In this document: positions 33,427 to 43,926 of the stretch, piece after piece
How positions within the stretch are numbered: position 1 is the stretch's first letter
Layout of the letters: each line of letters begins with the position of its first letter
Source: Alphaproteobacteria bacterium
Lineage (GTDB): Bacteria; Pseudomonadota; Alphaproteobacteria; SHVV01
DNA: 64,000 nucleotides
Assembly: GCA_965261735.1 (NCBI GenBank)
Contig: OZ253470.1
Location: forward strand, 2,976,001-3,040,000
Direction of reading: 5' to 3'
Translations under genes and position numbers: made by a program
The notes under the pieces: model-generated
Seen by the model: the letters and a program-made list of their open reading frames with translations, nothing else
What the model was told of the DNA's origin: nothing
Database searches by the model: none

Positions 33427-34683
33427 ATGGCGCAGCTTAGCGACGACTGCTTCGCCTTCTCCGGCGACCTGATGACGACCCAGGAGGCGCTCGACCTCAT
33501 CCACGCCCGCGTCGAGCCGGTGACGGAAAGCGAGCCGGTGCGCCTGCGCGAGGCCGTCGGCCGGATCCTCGCCGAGGACGTGATTGCGGCGCTCGACGTT
33601 CCCCCGCACGACAATTCGGCCGTCGACGGCTACGCGTTCACCTACGATGCGCTCGGCGACGGCGCTGAGTCGCGGCTCCGTATGACGGGCCGCGCCACCG
33701 CCGGGCACCCGTTCGCGGGCGTGCCGGCAAGCGGCGATGCCGTGCGCATCTTTACCGGCGCGCCCATGCCCGGCGGATGCGACACCGTCGCCATGCAGGA
33801 GGATTGCCGGGCAGAAGGCGCGTGGATCGTTATTCCGCGTGGCCTGAAGCGAGGCGACAATCGGCGGCGGGCGGGCGAAGACGTTGCCGCCGGCCGCACC
33901 ATCCTATCGATCGGCCAACGGCTGCGTCCCCAGGATGTCGGCCTCGCCGCGTCGGTCGGGCGCACCGAGCTGGTCGGCTACCGGCGCTTGCGCGCCGCCG
34001 TGTTCTCCACCGGCGACGAAGTCCGCGAGCCCGGCCAGGAGCTCGCACCGGGTGCCGTCTACGATGCCAATCGCTATGTCCTCATGGCGTTGCTGCGGGC
34101 GCTCGGCGCAGAGGTCGCCGACCTCGGCATCCTGCCCGACCGCATCGAGCGCGTCGGCCCGGCGCTCGCCGAGGCGGCGCGGGACAACGACGTCGTGATT
34201 ACCTCGGGCGGCGTCTCTGTCGGCCAAGAGGATCGCGTCAAGGAGGCCGTGGAGGCCGCGGGAAGCCTGCATTTCTGGCGGTTGGCGATCAAGCCCGGGC
34301 GGCCCCTGGCCATGGGGCAGATCGGCAGGACCCCGTTCATCGGCCTGCCCGGCAATCCGGTTGCGGCGATGGTGACCTTCGTTCGCTTCGCCCGGCCCTT
34401 GCTGCTACTCCTCGCCGGCGCCGTCGATGTGGCGCCGCAGCTCTTCCGGGTGTACGCGGACTTCGATCACAGGAAGAAGCGCGATCGTCGCGAATGGGTG
34501 CGCAGCCGGCTCGTCGCCGGCGCCGACGGTAAGCTGCTGGCGCGCAAGTTCGAGCGCCAGGGCGCCGGCATCCTGACCTCGCTGGTCGACGCCGACGGCC
34601 TTGTCGAGCTGCCCGAGGAGATGACCCACCTCACGGTCGGCACCCTGGTCGACTTCCTTCCCTTCAGCGAGGTCAGTGGATGA
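33427..34683 (+). CDS. moeA: Molybdopterin molybdotransferase
   Basis: NSAVDGYA, IFTGAPMP, STGDE, SGGVSVG, KPGRP, LPGNP. Confidence 0.94.
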   Translation: MAQLSDDCFAFSGDLMTTQEALDLIHARVEPVTESEPVRLREAVGRILAEDVIAALDVPPHDNSAVDGYAFTYDALGDGAESRLRMTGRATAGHPFAGVPASGDAVRIFTGAPMPGGCDTVAMQEDCRAEGAWIVIPRGLKRGDNRRRAGEDVAAGRTILSIGQRLRPQDVGLAASVGRTELVGYRRLRAAVFSTGDEVREPGQELAPGAVYDANRYVLMALLRALGAEVADLGILPDRIERVGPALAEAARDNDVVITSGGVSVGQEDRVKEAVEAAGSLHFWRLAIKPGRPLAMGQIGRTPFIGLPGNPVAAMVTFVRFARPLLLLLAGAVDVAPQLFRVYADFDHRKKRDRREWVRSRLVAGADGKLLARKFERQGAGILTSLVDADGLVELPEEMTHLTVGTLVDFLPFSEVSG

Positions 34684-34937
34684 GGGTGCTGTACTTGGCG
34701 TGGCTGCGCACGAAGGTCGGGCGCGCCGAGGAGGTCCTCGATCCGCCGCCGGCCGTGACCACGGTCGCCGCCCTGATCGAATGGCTCAAGGGGCGTAGCG
34801 CGGGCCACGCCGAGGCGCTCGCCGATCTCAGCGTCGTACGCGCGGCGGTGAACGAGGAGTTCGCCGCGCTCGACGCGCCGGTCCGCGCCGAGGACGAGGT
34901 CGCCCTGTTCCCTCCGGTGACCGGCGGCTCGTCATGA
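34680..34937 (+). CDS. moaD: Molybdopterin synthase sulfur carrier (ends GG-SS)
   Basis: VLYLAWLR, RAAVNEE, DEVALFPPVTGG; between moeA and moaE. Confidence 0.9.
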   Translation: MRVLYLAWLRTKVGRAEEVLDPPPAVTTVAALIEWLKGRSAGHAEALADLSVVRAAVNEEFAALDAPVRAEDEVALFPPVTGGSS

Positions 34938-35386
34938 TCCGGGTGCAGCGCGAGGACTTCGACGTGGGCGCGGAGATCCGGCGGCTCGCGGATGGAAACG
35001 CCGCGGTCGGCGGGGTCGTGACGTTTATCGGCCGCGTGCGCGCCGGCACCGGCCCGTCGGCGATCCGCGCCATGACGCTCGAGCACTATCCGGGCATGAC
35101 CGAGCGCAAGCTGGTCGAAATCGAGGCCGAGGCGCGGGCGCGCTGGACGCTCACCGACATCCTTATTGTCCACCGCTTCGGCCGCCTCGAGCCCGGCGAG
35201 CAGATCGTGCTGGTCATCACCGCCGCCGCCCACCGCGATACTGCCTTCGCAGCCTGCGAGTTCCTCGTCGACTGGCTCAAGACCAGGGCACCGTTCTGGA
35301 AGATGGAGGAAACGGCGGAGGGCGAGAAATGGGTGGCGGCCGAGGCCCGCGACGACGAGGCCGCGAAGCGCTGGACGAACGACTAG
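34934..35386 (+). CDS. moaE: Molybdopterin synthase catalytic subunit
   Basis: LEHYPGM, VHRFGRL, AHR..AF, LKTRAPFWK. Confidence 0.94.
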   Translation: MIRVQREDFDVGAEIRRLADGNAAVGGVVTFIGRVRAGTGPSAIRAMTLEHYPGMTERKLVEIEAEARARWTLTDILIVHRFGRLEPGEQIVLVITAAAHRDTAFAACEFLVDWLKTRAPFWKMEETAEGEKWVAAEARDDEAAKRWTND

Positions 35387-35556
35387 GCAGCGCGTACTTA
35401 CAAGGGCATTGATCTGCCGCCGAAGCATGGCCCCACGATGCCCGCCAGCAGCCAGTTTCGGACGTTTCCGGAATCGCCGGATTTGTCAGCTGATGACGTT
35501 CCGTCGGACCCAAGAAGCCGGTTCGGTATGATCGCCGACATTACACGCGACCGCGC

Positions 35557-37676
35557 CTAAGACGATGCTGCACGAGGCCCGAAAAATGCGTGATGCAGTT
35601 TGATTGACGGCAATGGTGTCGCGCGTGCATGGCAGCTGCCCCAGACCCAAGACTCCTTGAGCACCTCTGATAATTCCAGGTGCTCGGCATGGCGCGCCTT
35701 GCCGCTCAGGTAGCGGTTGATGCCGGCTGCGGGATCGTGTCCCGCGGAGTGGTGTAAGAGCGTTGCGCTCTACGCGGCTCCCGGCGGGTAGGGCCGGGAC
35801 GTTCAGGCTGCCACGGTGGGCAGCGTGATGGGGACACCATCGCTCAGCGGAGCGATGGATTCCAGCGTCATGTATCTCCTTGAGACGGCCCACTCGTCGT
35901 TCTGCTCGAGAAGGATGGCGCCGACGAGCCGTGTGATGGCGGCTTCGTTGGGAAAGATACCGACGACGTTGGTGCGACGCTTGACCTCGGCATGGAGCCG
36001 TTCGATCGGGTTTGTGGAGTGCAATTTCTGGCGGTGCTCCCTGGGGAAGCTCATGTAGGCGAGGACGTCGTGCTCGGCTTCGTCCATGAGAACTGCCAGC
36101 TTGGGCACCTTGGGCCTGAGCTGGTCGGCGACCTGGCGCCACTGGACCTTCGCGCTGTCGGCGTCCTCCTGGGCGAAGGCGGAGACGACGCGCCGGCCCT
36201 GGCGGCCGGCATGGGCCAGCAGGTTGCGGGCGAAGTGCACGCGGCAGCGCTGCCATGTGGCGCCGAGGATCCGGGTCGCGGCGGCCTTCAGGCCCTTGTG
36301 GTCGTCGGAGATCACCAGCTTCACGCCGCGCAGCCCGCGCCGGGCCAGCGAGCGCAGGAACTCGGTCCAGAAGGTCTCGGCCTCCGACGCGCCGATCGCC
36401 ACGCCCAGGACCTCGCGGCGGCCTTGGTCGTTGACGGCCACAGCCACGGTCACCGTGACCGAGACGATGCGTCCGGTCTGGCGCACCTTCACGTAGGTGG
36501 CGTCGAGCCACAGATAGGGCCAGTCGCCCTCCAGCGGTCGATCGAGGAAGCCGTTGACCTTATCGTCGATCTCGCCGCACAGCCTGGAGACCTGGCTCTT
36601 GGAGGCGCCCGACATCCCCATCGCCTGAACCAGATCGTCGACCGAGCGGGTCGACACCCCCTGGATGTAGGCCTCCTGGATCACCGCAGCCAGCGCCTTC
36701 TCGGCCATCCGCCGCGGCTCCAGGAAGCCCGGGAAGTAGCTTCCCTTCCTCAGCTTCGGGATCTTCAGCTCGACCGTGCCGGCCCGCGTCTCCCAGGACC
36801 GGTCGCGGTAGCCGTTGCGATGGGTGATACGATCCGCCGAGCGCTCGCCGTGCCCGGCGCCGGTCAGGCCCTCAACCTCCAGTGCCATCAGCCGCTCGGC
36901 CGTGAAGCCGATCATCTCGCAAAGCAGATCGGCATCGGAGCTCTTCTCCAAAAGCGCGCGCAGGGTCATCATGTCCTGGGTCATCGTGGTTCTCCTTCGG
37001 GTCAGGTTGGTTTGCACTAGCCCAACCCTAAACCGGAACCGCGATGGCCTCCGCTGTGGATAGCCGGCTTGCCTACGCCAGACTCTCGGCGGTCGCTACG
37101 GCAAGCCGCCTACCCACAGCTACCAGAGGCTCCAACAACTCCTACACCACGTCCTGGGACACGACCGGCTGCGGCGGCTGCAGCGTCGCTGGAGAGTAGA
37201 TATCCAGCCATGAAGCCAACTCTGTGATTCCCCGCGTACTTGCCGGTTCCGAATCGGTCGATGCCCTCAACAACATATTCGCGGCAGAGACTCGCGTTTT
37301 TCCCTGCGACGCGCTTGCATTCGATGATGACGTGGGGGTCATGTTCCCCGAGCCGCAGAAAAACCCCTATGAGATAAATCGGTATGTCCGTTCTGCCGTC
37401 CGGGATCAGGACCTCTGCGCTAGAACGGGACTCGGCTCCAGGCGCGACAATCATCCTCTTGCTCCAGGGAAAGCCGTTGCCTTTCAACGCCTCGCGCATG
37501 CCGTCGCGCAGACGTTCCGTGATCTGCACTTCCCGCGCGCTGGCGTTGACGTCCGGGAAGGACGATGCATGCGCCCAACCGGCTTTGAGGGTCAGCAAGA
37601 TCGCGGCAGCGACATCCGGCTCGAGGGCGACCACTTCCCGGCCGGCGATGACCGGGGCGTCATACGGTATCCTCAT
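35557..37676 (-). pseudogene. Putative PD-(D/E)XK nuclease gene interrupted by IS256 (37676-37167 joined to 35724-35557)
   Basis: GRTDI...IIECKRV...YVVEGIDRF..GKY...GFMAGY; removing the IS and one TSD gives a continuous 225-aa ORF ending ...AAAGINRYL...IKLHHAFFGPRAASS*. Confidence 0.7.
35733..37166 (-). mobile_element. IS256-family copy 2 (transposase 35803-37017 with a 15-bp deletion)
   Basis: Ends GATCGTGTCCC / GGGACACGACC; TSD GGCTGCGG at 35725-35732 and 37167-37174. Confidence 0.94.
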
Positions 37677-38027
37677 GCGGTGGCACCGGTGACGCTTTCG
37701 GCGATGACAGCGTCAGCATCCTCCAGCGCCGACACACCCATCCACTGGCGACGGGCGGCGGGCTTGATGATCACAACCTCATTGCGGCCATGCACCCGCA
37801 ACTCGCGCTCGCCAATAAGCGAGTTCGCGAGCCGCACGTTCAAGCGTTCGCCGATCCGCGCAAGGAGTTCACCTAGCTCCCCATCCGGTCGGAGAACCTC
37901 CACTCGGGAGGGGCCGGGCTTCTCCTCGATCACGAACCGAACGACCCGGAGCGGATCGCGCTGAGGAAGATTGAAGACCTCGGCGCACATCCGCCGTCGG
38001 TTCCTTGCGGAGAGCCATACGTCGATC
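37673..38027 (-). pseudogene. C-terminal remnant of a larger protein, probably the methylase whose N-terminus is at 4644
   Basis: Open frame from the IS1595 junction to IIKPAARRQWMGVSALEDADAVI...*; ATGA-coupled to the nuclease gene. Confidence 0.55.
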
Positions 38028-39097
38028 CTTGCCTATCCGGTTTACACCCACACCCACTGGGGCTAGAATGGGCGCAACCCGGATATAGGGGAGCGCGCCA
38101 TGGATGTTCTCGACCGCGCCGATCTCCCATTCCCGCATTCGCTACCCGAGTTCCAGCGACTTTTCCCCGATGATGCGGCCTGCGCCGCCTACCTGGAGAA
38201 AGCCCGCTGGGGAGACGGCTTTGCCTGCCCGCACTACGGCACGGCGGGAGAGCCGTTCCACTTTGAAAACCGCCCTGGCGTCCTGCGCTGCCGCAAGTGC
38301 CGCCAGAACACCGGGCTGACGGTGGGAACAGTGATGGAGCGTAGCCACACTCCGCTGAACGTCTGGTTCTGGGCCGCTTATCTGGTCGCCAGTCAGACGC
38401 CCGGCATGTCCGCCGTGCAGTTTCAGCGGCAACTTGGTCTTTCGCGCTACGAGACGGCCTTTCAAATTCTCCACAAGCTCCGCTCGGGCATGGTGCGGCC
38501 CAACCAAGACAGGATCGGTGGACAGCCCAAGAACCATGTTGAGGTGGACGAAACCTGGGTTGGCGGGCGAACGCGTGGGGAAGGCCGTGGTGTTCACCAC
38601 AAGGTTCCCGTCTCCTGTGCCATCGAGGTGCGTCATCGAAAGCCGGGCACCAAGCTCGACAACCGGAAAGACGGACGCTATGCCGGACGCGTTCGGCTCG
38701 CCGTCGTGCTCGACCGTAGCGCCGAGTCGCTCTGTGGGTTCGTCGAGAGCACCGTCGCGCCGCGATCGCTGATCGTTACTGACGATTGGAGCGGCTATGC
38801 TGGCCTCGGTAAGCGCGGCTATGAGCACTTCGCTGTTGCCGAGTGTGGTGATCCAGAGGTTGCCGAGCAATACCTGCCGATCATCCATCTGGTTTTCGCC
38901 AACCTGAAGACGTGGCTGATCGGTATCCACCACGGCGTTAGCCACCAGCACCTACAAGCCTACCTCAACGAGTTCACCTTCCGCTTCAACAGGCGGTTCT
39001 ACCCGTTCAACGCCTTCCGCTCATTGCTCGGCATCGCGGGCGACACCTCTGCTCCAACCTATGCCGAGCTTTACTCGGGAGAGTGGCGGCACCCTAC
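38028..39097 (+). mobile_element. IS1595-family copy 3, right end deleted
   Basis: Left TIR at 38028; identity with the other copies stops at ACCCTAC (39097); CPHCG changed to CPHYG; ORF 38100-39272 runs on into foreign DNA. Confidence 0.9.
38041..38069 (+). promoter_or_regulatory. Putative sigma70 promoter of the IS1595 transposase
   Basis: TTTACA-17 bp-TAGAAT, 30 bp before the ATG. Confidence 0.65.
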
Positions 39098-40098
39098 CCG
39101 CATCGAGCCTGGCCGCGGCGAGATTGGTGCCGCGCAGGTCGGCGCCCTCGAGCACCGCTCCAGAAAGGTCGGTGTTACCGAACTCGGCGACGCTCAGGCT
39201 GGTTCCGCTCAGGTCCGCCAACACGAGGTCGGCGCCCTCGAGCTTGGTTCCGCTGAGATCGCAATCGCGTAGGTCTGCGCCGCTCAAATAGACGTCGGTG
39301 AGATCGGCACCCGATATCGATAACCCCGAGAGCCTCGCCCGCCGACCTTCGGCGCCGAACGAATCCACCCACAGGGCGTGCTCGCGAATCGCGGTCTGAA
39401 TGTCGGTCGGGAGCTTGGCGACACCGACGCTGACCTTGGCCGCGGTGAGGCTGGCGAGCGATAGGTCGACGTCGGCAATGATGGCGCCGCGCAGGTTTGC
39501 GCCGTTCAGCCGTGCGCCTCGCACATTGGCGCCCCTGAGATTGGCGCCGGTCAGGTTGGCCTCGTCGAGGCGGGCCGCCTCGAGATTCGCACGGCTGAGG
39601 TTGACGCCATGCATGTCCACGCGGGCGGTCGAATCGCCCCTGAGCTTCGACTTCGCCACCGAGGCGTTGTGGACATCCACCTCCGTCAGCGCGACCGGCT
39701 TGGGGCCGCCCGGCTCGCCGGCCGAGGCGCCAGCCCTGAGCATGCGCTTTGCGTCGAGCAGTTTTCCGGGGCGTAGGTCGGCCTCGCGAAAGTTGGCCTC
39801 CTCCAGCGTCGCGTTGCGAAAACGGGAGCCTCTTAGGTCGGCGCCCTCGAAGCTGGCCCCGGACGATTTGCTGCCCTCGAAATTGGCGCCGAACAGATCG
39901 GCCTGAGCAAAGTCGGTCCCCGCGAGATCGCAGCCGCTGAAATCGACCCCGGCCAACTTGGCACCACGAAGATTCAGCGCCGACAGCCGCAGGCCCGCGA
40001 GAGTCTGATGGCTCAGATCGGCGCGCGCGCCACCGGTGAGGCCACGCGTGTGGCCTCTCGTGCCGGCGCAGTATGGATACGAACTCTTCAGGCGTCAT
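39098..40098 (-). pseudogene. Pentapeptide-repeat protein, frameshifted near 40045 and truncated at the 3' end
   Basis: A(D/N)Lxx repeats; MTPEEFVSILRRHE start is out of frame with the repeats; 3' end abuts IS1595. Confidence 0.8.
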
Positions 40099-40359
40099 TC
40101 GTGGTCCCCGGTCGGTGGGCCCTCACGAAGACGCTGCTCTACAGCGCTGTTCGTTCCCGCCTATGGGACCGCCAGAATAGCAAACGCGAGCCTCGCGGTC
40201 ACGTCAGCCTGTCGCGCCCCACGCGCGGACCTGAGGAGCCCGCCCGCCCAGTCGTGGGCGCGATCGTCGCGGGGGCGGTGCCTACGGACAGCGGCGCGAA
40301 AATGCTCTATACAACCGGCGCCCGCGCCGCGCTCCGCGCGGGTACCATCGGACGCTTTT

Positions 40360-40446
40360 GCGGGCGTGGCGGAACTGGTAGACGCACAAGACTTAAAATC
40401 TTGGTCCCGCTAGGGAGTGCGGGTTCGAGTCCCGCCGCCCGCACCA
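40360..40446 (+). tRNA. tRNA-Leu(TAA)
   Basis: GCGGGCG/CGCCCGC acceptor stem plus ACCA, anticodon arm CAAGA-CTTAAAA-TCTTG, long variable arm, GGTTCGAGTCC. Confidence 0.96.
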
Positions 40447-40509
40447 TCTAGTTGATGAAATCGCGCAGGCGCGACACGCGAGGATTCTGGCCGCGCCACG
40501 GTGTATTGG

Positions 40510-41067
40510 AGGGGATCGTCGCTATCGCCGATGGCGCCGCCGACAACTGGACCTTCCTGGAGACCCTGTCGCCCGAAACCGAGGTGATCGACTTCTGGCA
40601 TGCTTGCGAACATCTGCAAACCGCGTCCGACCATGCCGTGGCGCCTGGCTGGTTCGAGAAGTACCGCGAGATCCTCCGTCACGATCCCCGTGGCGTCGCC
40701 AAGGTGATCCGGGCGCTGCGCCACCTTCGCGATGCCGCCGCTGCGCCGGACCGGGCCGAGACCGAGCGGGAACTCGCCTTCTTCCGCAAGCATCGCCATC
40801 GCATGCGCTACCACGCCCTGAAGGAAGAGGGCATCGCCATCGGCTCAGGCGTGGTCGAGGCTGCCAACAAGATCCCTGGTGACACAGCGCATGAAGCGCT
40901 CCGGCATGCGCTGGCGGATCGTCGGCGGACAGGCTGTTCTGACCTTCCGCGCCCTGATCAAATCCGGCCGCTTCGAGCGCGCATGGAAGGCCCTGATCAG
41001 CGCAACCGACACACCGGCCAACGACAACATCAGTCCACGTGCAGCAGCCATGGCAATCGCTGCCTGA
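40510..41067 (+). pseudogene. C-terminal fragment of an ISKra4/ISLre2-like transposase, frameshifted near 40872
   Basis: ADGAADNW, IDFWHACEHL, IGSGVVEAANK then VTQRMKRSGMRW. Confidence 0.75.
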
Positions 41068-41121
41068 ACTCAACGAACCAAGCCGCAGACATCACTGCCA
41101 TGCGAGACTCGCACCCTATAC

Positions 41122-41445
41122 GTGTATCGGTTTCTTCTGAAGATGGGCCTAGAGCTCCTACATGAAGATGGGATCGATAACGCCCTAACTAGTCGATACC
41201 TGGCGGCGAGGCGGTTTGCCCGAATTTGCCAAACGGGTTCCAGGTGGTGGTTCGGCCTCGTCGAACATGAGGTGCCTAAAACTCCAGTAGGACTTGCGAT
41301 TAACGATGTGAAAGACCGAGATTTCGTGTTCTCGATCTCCAATGGCCGAACGATGCTCTTTACTCCCGTACTATCGAGCATCATCTCTGATAGTGCTTTG
41401 GCGCTATCTGGAGCTAGAGTTCGTATTCACCATTGTAAGAGTTGA
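41122..41445 (+). pseudogene. Lower-GC cargo gene fragment of unknown function
   Basis: Open frame beginning just after the apparent IS end (...GACTCGCACCC); atypical composition. Confidence 0.4.
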
Positions 41446-41672
41446 TTTGGAGAATATTGGCTCCCCTTCCGAGTATCTAACAATGCAACTTGTCGCGAGT
41501 TGGCCGTGGCCCGTTTAGCTGGAGCAACGGCAGCGTCATCAAACACCGGCCCCAGGTGCCGCTGGATAACAATCTCGCAGAAAGGGTGCTCAGAGGGCCG
41601 GCGATCGGAAGACGACTGTCATTCGGCATCAAACTAAGTAACTGATTCTCAAGCATTCTCAACTGATTCAAG

Positions 41673-41721
41673 ATCTTGGTCCCGCTAGGGAGTGCGGGTT
41701 CGAGTCCCGCCGCCCGCACCA
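41673..41721 (+). repeat. attR-like direct repeat of the tRNA-Leu 3' half
   Basis: Identical to 40398-40446. Confidence 0.93.
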
Positions 41722-41746
41722 GTACCGTAGGTCTCGAAGCGCGTTC

Positions 41747-42295
41747 TCAGGCCGCGCTGCGGGTGAAGATGTCGATCAGCAGTAGCGCGCGGATGTCGGG
41801 CCAGCGGTAGCAGACCTCGCCGAGTTCGACGCCGGCGAAGCGAATCTGGCGCTCGCCGTCGGGGTGGCCATCGAGCGTCTCGTAGAAGCCGCGGGCGTCG
41901 TTGTTGGCGAGCACCCAGATCGCCAGGTGCTCGGCGCCGCCGGCGGCGAGATGGCGCGCCGCGGTGGCCACGAGCCGGCGTCCGAGCCCACGCTGCTGCC
42001 ACTCGTCGAGCAGGTAGAGCGTCGTGATCTCGCCGGTCGCGGGCCGGCCGCCGCGCTCGGGCCCGCAGTCGGCGAAGCCGACGACACCCTCGGCCTCGGC
42101 ATCGGCCACGAAGGTGGCGCCGGAGCGGTTGCGCCGCTTGAGGATTTCGCTCCACGACGCGGCGACCCGAATCTCCGACAGCGTGTCGAGGTAGGCATCG
42201 GGGAGGAGCCCCTGATAGCTCGATCGCCAGCTGTCGACGTGCACGCGCGCGATCGGCGCGGCGTCGTTGAGCTCGGCGCGGCGGATCAGGGGCAT
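41747..42295 (-). CDS. GNAT acetyltransferase
   Basis: VVGFA, LYLLDEWQQRGLGRRL, WVLANN.ARGFYE. Confidence 0.9.
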   Translation of the reverse strand: MPLIRRAELNDAAPIARVHVDSWRSSYQGLLPDAYLDTLSEIRVAASWSEILKRRNRSGATFVADAEAEGVVGFADCGPERGGRPATGEITTLYLLDEWQQRGLGRRLVATAARHLAAGGAEHLAIWVLANNDARGFYETLDGHPDGERQIRFAGVELGEVCYRWPDIRALLLIDIFTRSAA

Positions 42296-42328
42296 GGGGC
42301 GCGGCCGAACGGGCAGGGGGTGGCGGCG

Positions 42329-43090
42329 TCACGCGGCATCGTCTTCGACCGGCTCGGCATCGAGCTCGCGAATCAACCGGCGCAAATCCTCGGACGCCGC
42401 GTCGAGGCGGGGCGCGTCGGTGCCGCGCAGCACGATCCGCGAGCCCAGCCTCTGGGCGCGAAAAAACGGGTAGCTGCCGATCTCCACGTCGCCATAGGCC
42501 TGCTGCAGCCGAGCCAGCGGCGTTGCGATCAGCCCTTCTGGCAGGTAGGCACTGATCGCCCGCGTCAAAATCGGCGGCCCGCCGACGAGGCGATCGCGCA
42601 GGCCCTCGAACATGGCCCGCATGATGGCCGGAACGCCGGCGAGTACGAACACGTTGCCCAATTGAAAGCCCGGCGCATGACTAATCGGATTGTCGATCAG
42701 CGTCGCGCCCTCGGGGACGAAGGCCATGCGCCGGCGCGCATCGTTGAGCTCGCCCGCACCGTAATAGTGCTGCAGGCGCGCCAGTGCCCTTGAGTCGAGC
42801 AGCAAGTCGACGCCGAACGCCTTGGCGACGCTTTGCGCGGTAATGTCGTCGTGGGTGGGGCCGATGCCGCCGGTGGTGAAGACATAGTCGTAGGCGGCGC
42901 GGCAAGCGTTGATGGCCGCGCCGATCGCAACCTCTTCATCGGCCACCACTCGAATCTCGCGCACCGAGATACCGAGCTCACCGAGCCGCGTCGCCAGGAA
43001 CGCGAGGTTCTTGTCCTCGGTACGCCCCGACAAGATCTCGTTGCCGATGATGACGACGCTCGCCGTCTTGGGTCCGCCGGGACCGGTCAT
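42329..43090 (-). CDS. CinA-like molybdopterin-binding domain protein
   Basis: IIGNEILSGRT.DKN, TTGGIGPTHDDIT, LAGVP. Confidence 0.88.
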   Translation of the reverse strand: MTGPGGPKTASVVIIGNEILSGRTEDKNLAFLATRLGELGISVREIRVVADEEVAIGAAINACRAAYDYVFTTGGIGPTHDDITAQSVAKAFGVDLLLDSRALARLQHYYGAGELNDARRRMAFVPEGATLIDNPISHAPGFQLGNVFVLAGVPAIMRAMFEGLRDRLVGGPPILTRAISAYLPEGLIATPLARLQQAYGDVEIGSYPFFRAQRLGSRIVLRGTDAPRLDAASEDLRRLIRELDAEPVEDDAA

Positions 43091-43209
43091 GGAATCACTC
43101 GAACACCTTCGCCTAGCCACGAGTTATAGCACTCCGGTGCGCGCCGGCCCACGGCTGGGGAGGCGGTGCACCTTGCGGTGCCCGGCGCGCGCGGCTACAT
43201 GGTAGCGCG

Positions 43210-43911
43210 ATGCGCTTTCACGCTCCCCTCCTCCGTGGCACGCTCCTGCGGCGCTACAAGCGCTTTCTCTGCGACGTGGCTCTCGAGGCTGGCGAGGCGG
43301 TTACCGCGCACTGCGCCAATCCGGGAGCCATGTTCGGGCTCACCGAGCCGGGCGCCGAGGTGTGGCTCTCGCCCGCCCTCAACCCCAAGCGGAAGCTGCG
43401 ATACACGTGGGAGCTGGTGCGCATCGGCGCCCATCTCGTCGGAGTCAACACCTGGCACCCCAACGCGATCGTGGCCGAAGCCATCGGCGGCGGCCGCATC
43501 GCATCGCTTGCAGGCTACGCCGGGCTGCGGCGCGAGGTCAGGTATGGTGCCAATTCGCGGGTCGATGTCCTGCTCGAGGAGCGCGGCCGCCCGCCCTGCT
43601 ACGTCGAGGTGAAAAACGCCCATCTCGTGCGCGAGCCAGGCCTCGCCGAGTTCCCGGACGCGGTGACGGCGCGCGGCGCCAAGCACATGCGCGAGCTCGC
43701 GGCGCTCGCCGGGCAGGGGCAGCGGGCGATCGTGTTCTATGTCGTGCAGCGCGAGGACTGCCAGCGATTCGCGATCGCCGACGACATCGACCCGGCCTAC
43801 GGGGCCGCCTTTGGCGCCGCGCTCGCCTCCGGAGTCGAAACCATGGTCCATGCCTGTAAGCTGTCGCCCGACGCCATAGTGCTGGACCAGCCCTTGGCGC
43901 TTGCGCTATAG
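43210..43911 (+). CDS. sfsA: DNA/RNA nuclease SfsA
   Basis: RRYKRFL, AHCANPGAM, YVEVKN, FPDAVTARG.KH. Confidence 0.93.
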   Translation: MRFHAPLLRGTLLRRYKRFLCDVALEAGEAVTAHCANPGAMFGLTEPGAEVWLSPALNPKRKLRYTWELVRIGAHLVGVNTWHPNAIVAEAIGGGRIASLAGYAGLRREVRYGANSRVDVLLEERGRPPCYVEVKNAHLVREPGLAEFPDAVTARGAKHMRELAALAGQGQRAIVFYVVQREDCQRFAIADDIDPAYGAAFGAALASGVETMVHACKLSPDAIVLDQPLALAL

Positions 43912-43926
43912 GCGTTGGGAGGTTCC

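Larger units (their letters stand above)
40398..41721. mobile_element. Collapsed integrative island remnant bounded by att repeats
   Basis: 49-bp tRNA 3' end duplicated at 41673-41721; lower-GC interior; no integrase remains. Confidence 0.85.

Noticed and set aside
38100-39272. 390-aa transposase with a novel C-terminal domain
   Set aside because: The extension is read-through into the antisense strand of the pentapeptide gene after a deletion
39098-39960. Periodic DNA as a CRISPR or tandem array
   Set aside because: The periodicity comes from pentapeptide codons; no identical repeats with spacers or cas genes were seen anywhere in the window
41673-41721. Second tRNA-Leu gene
   Set aside because: Only the 3' half is present, with no D arm or 5' acceptor strand; it is an att repeat
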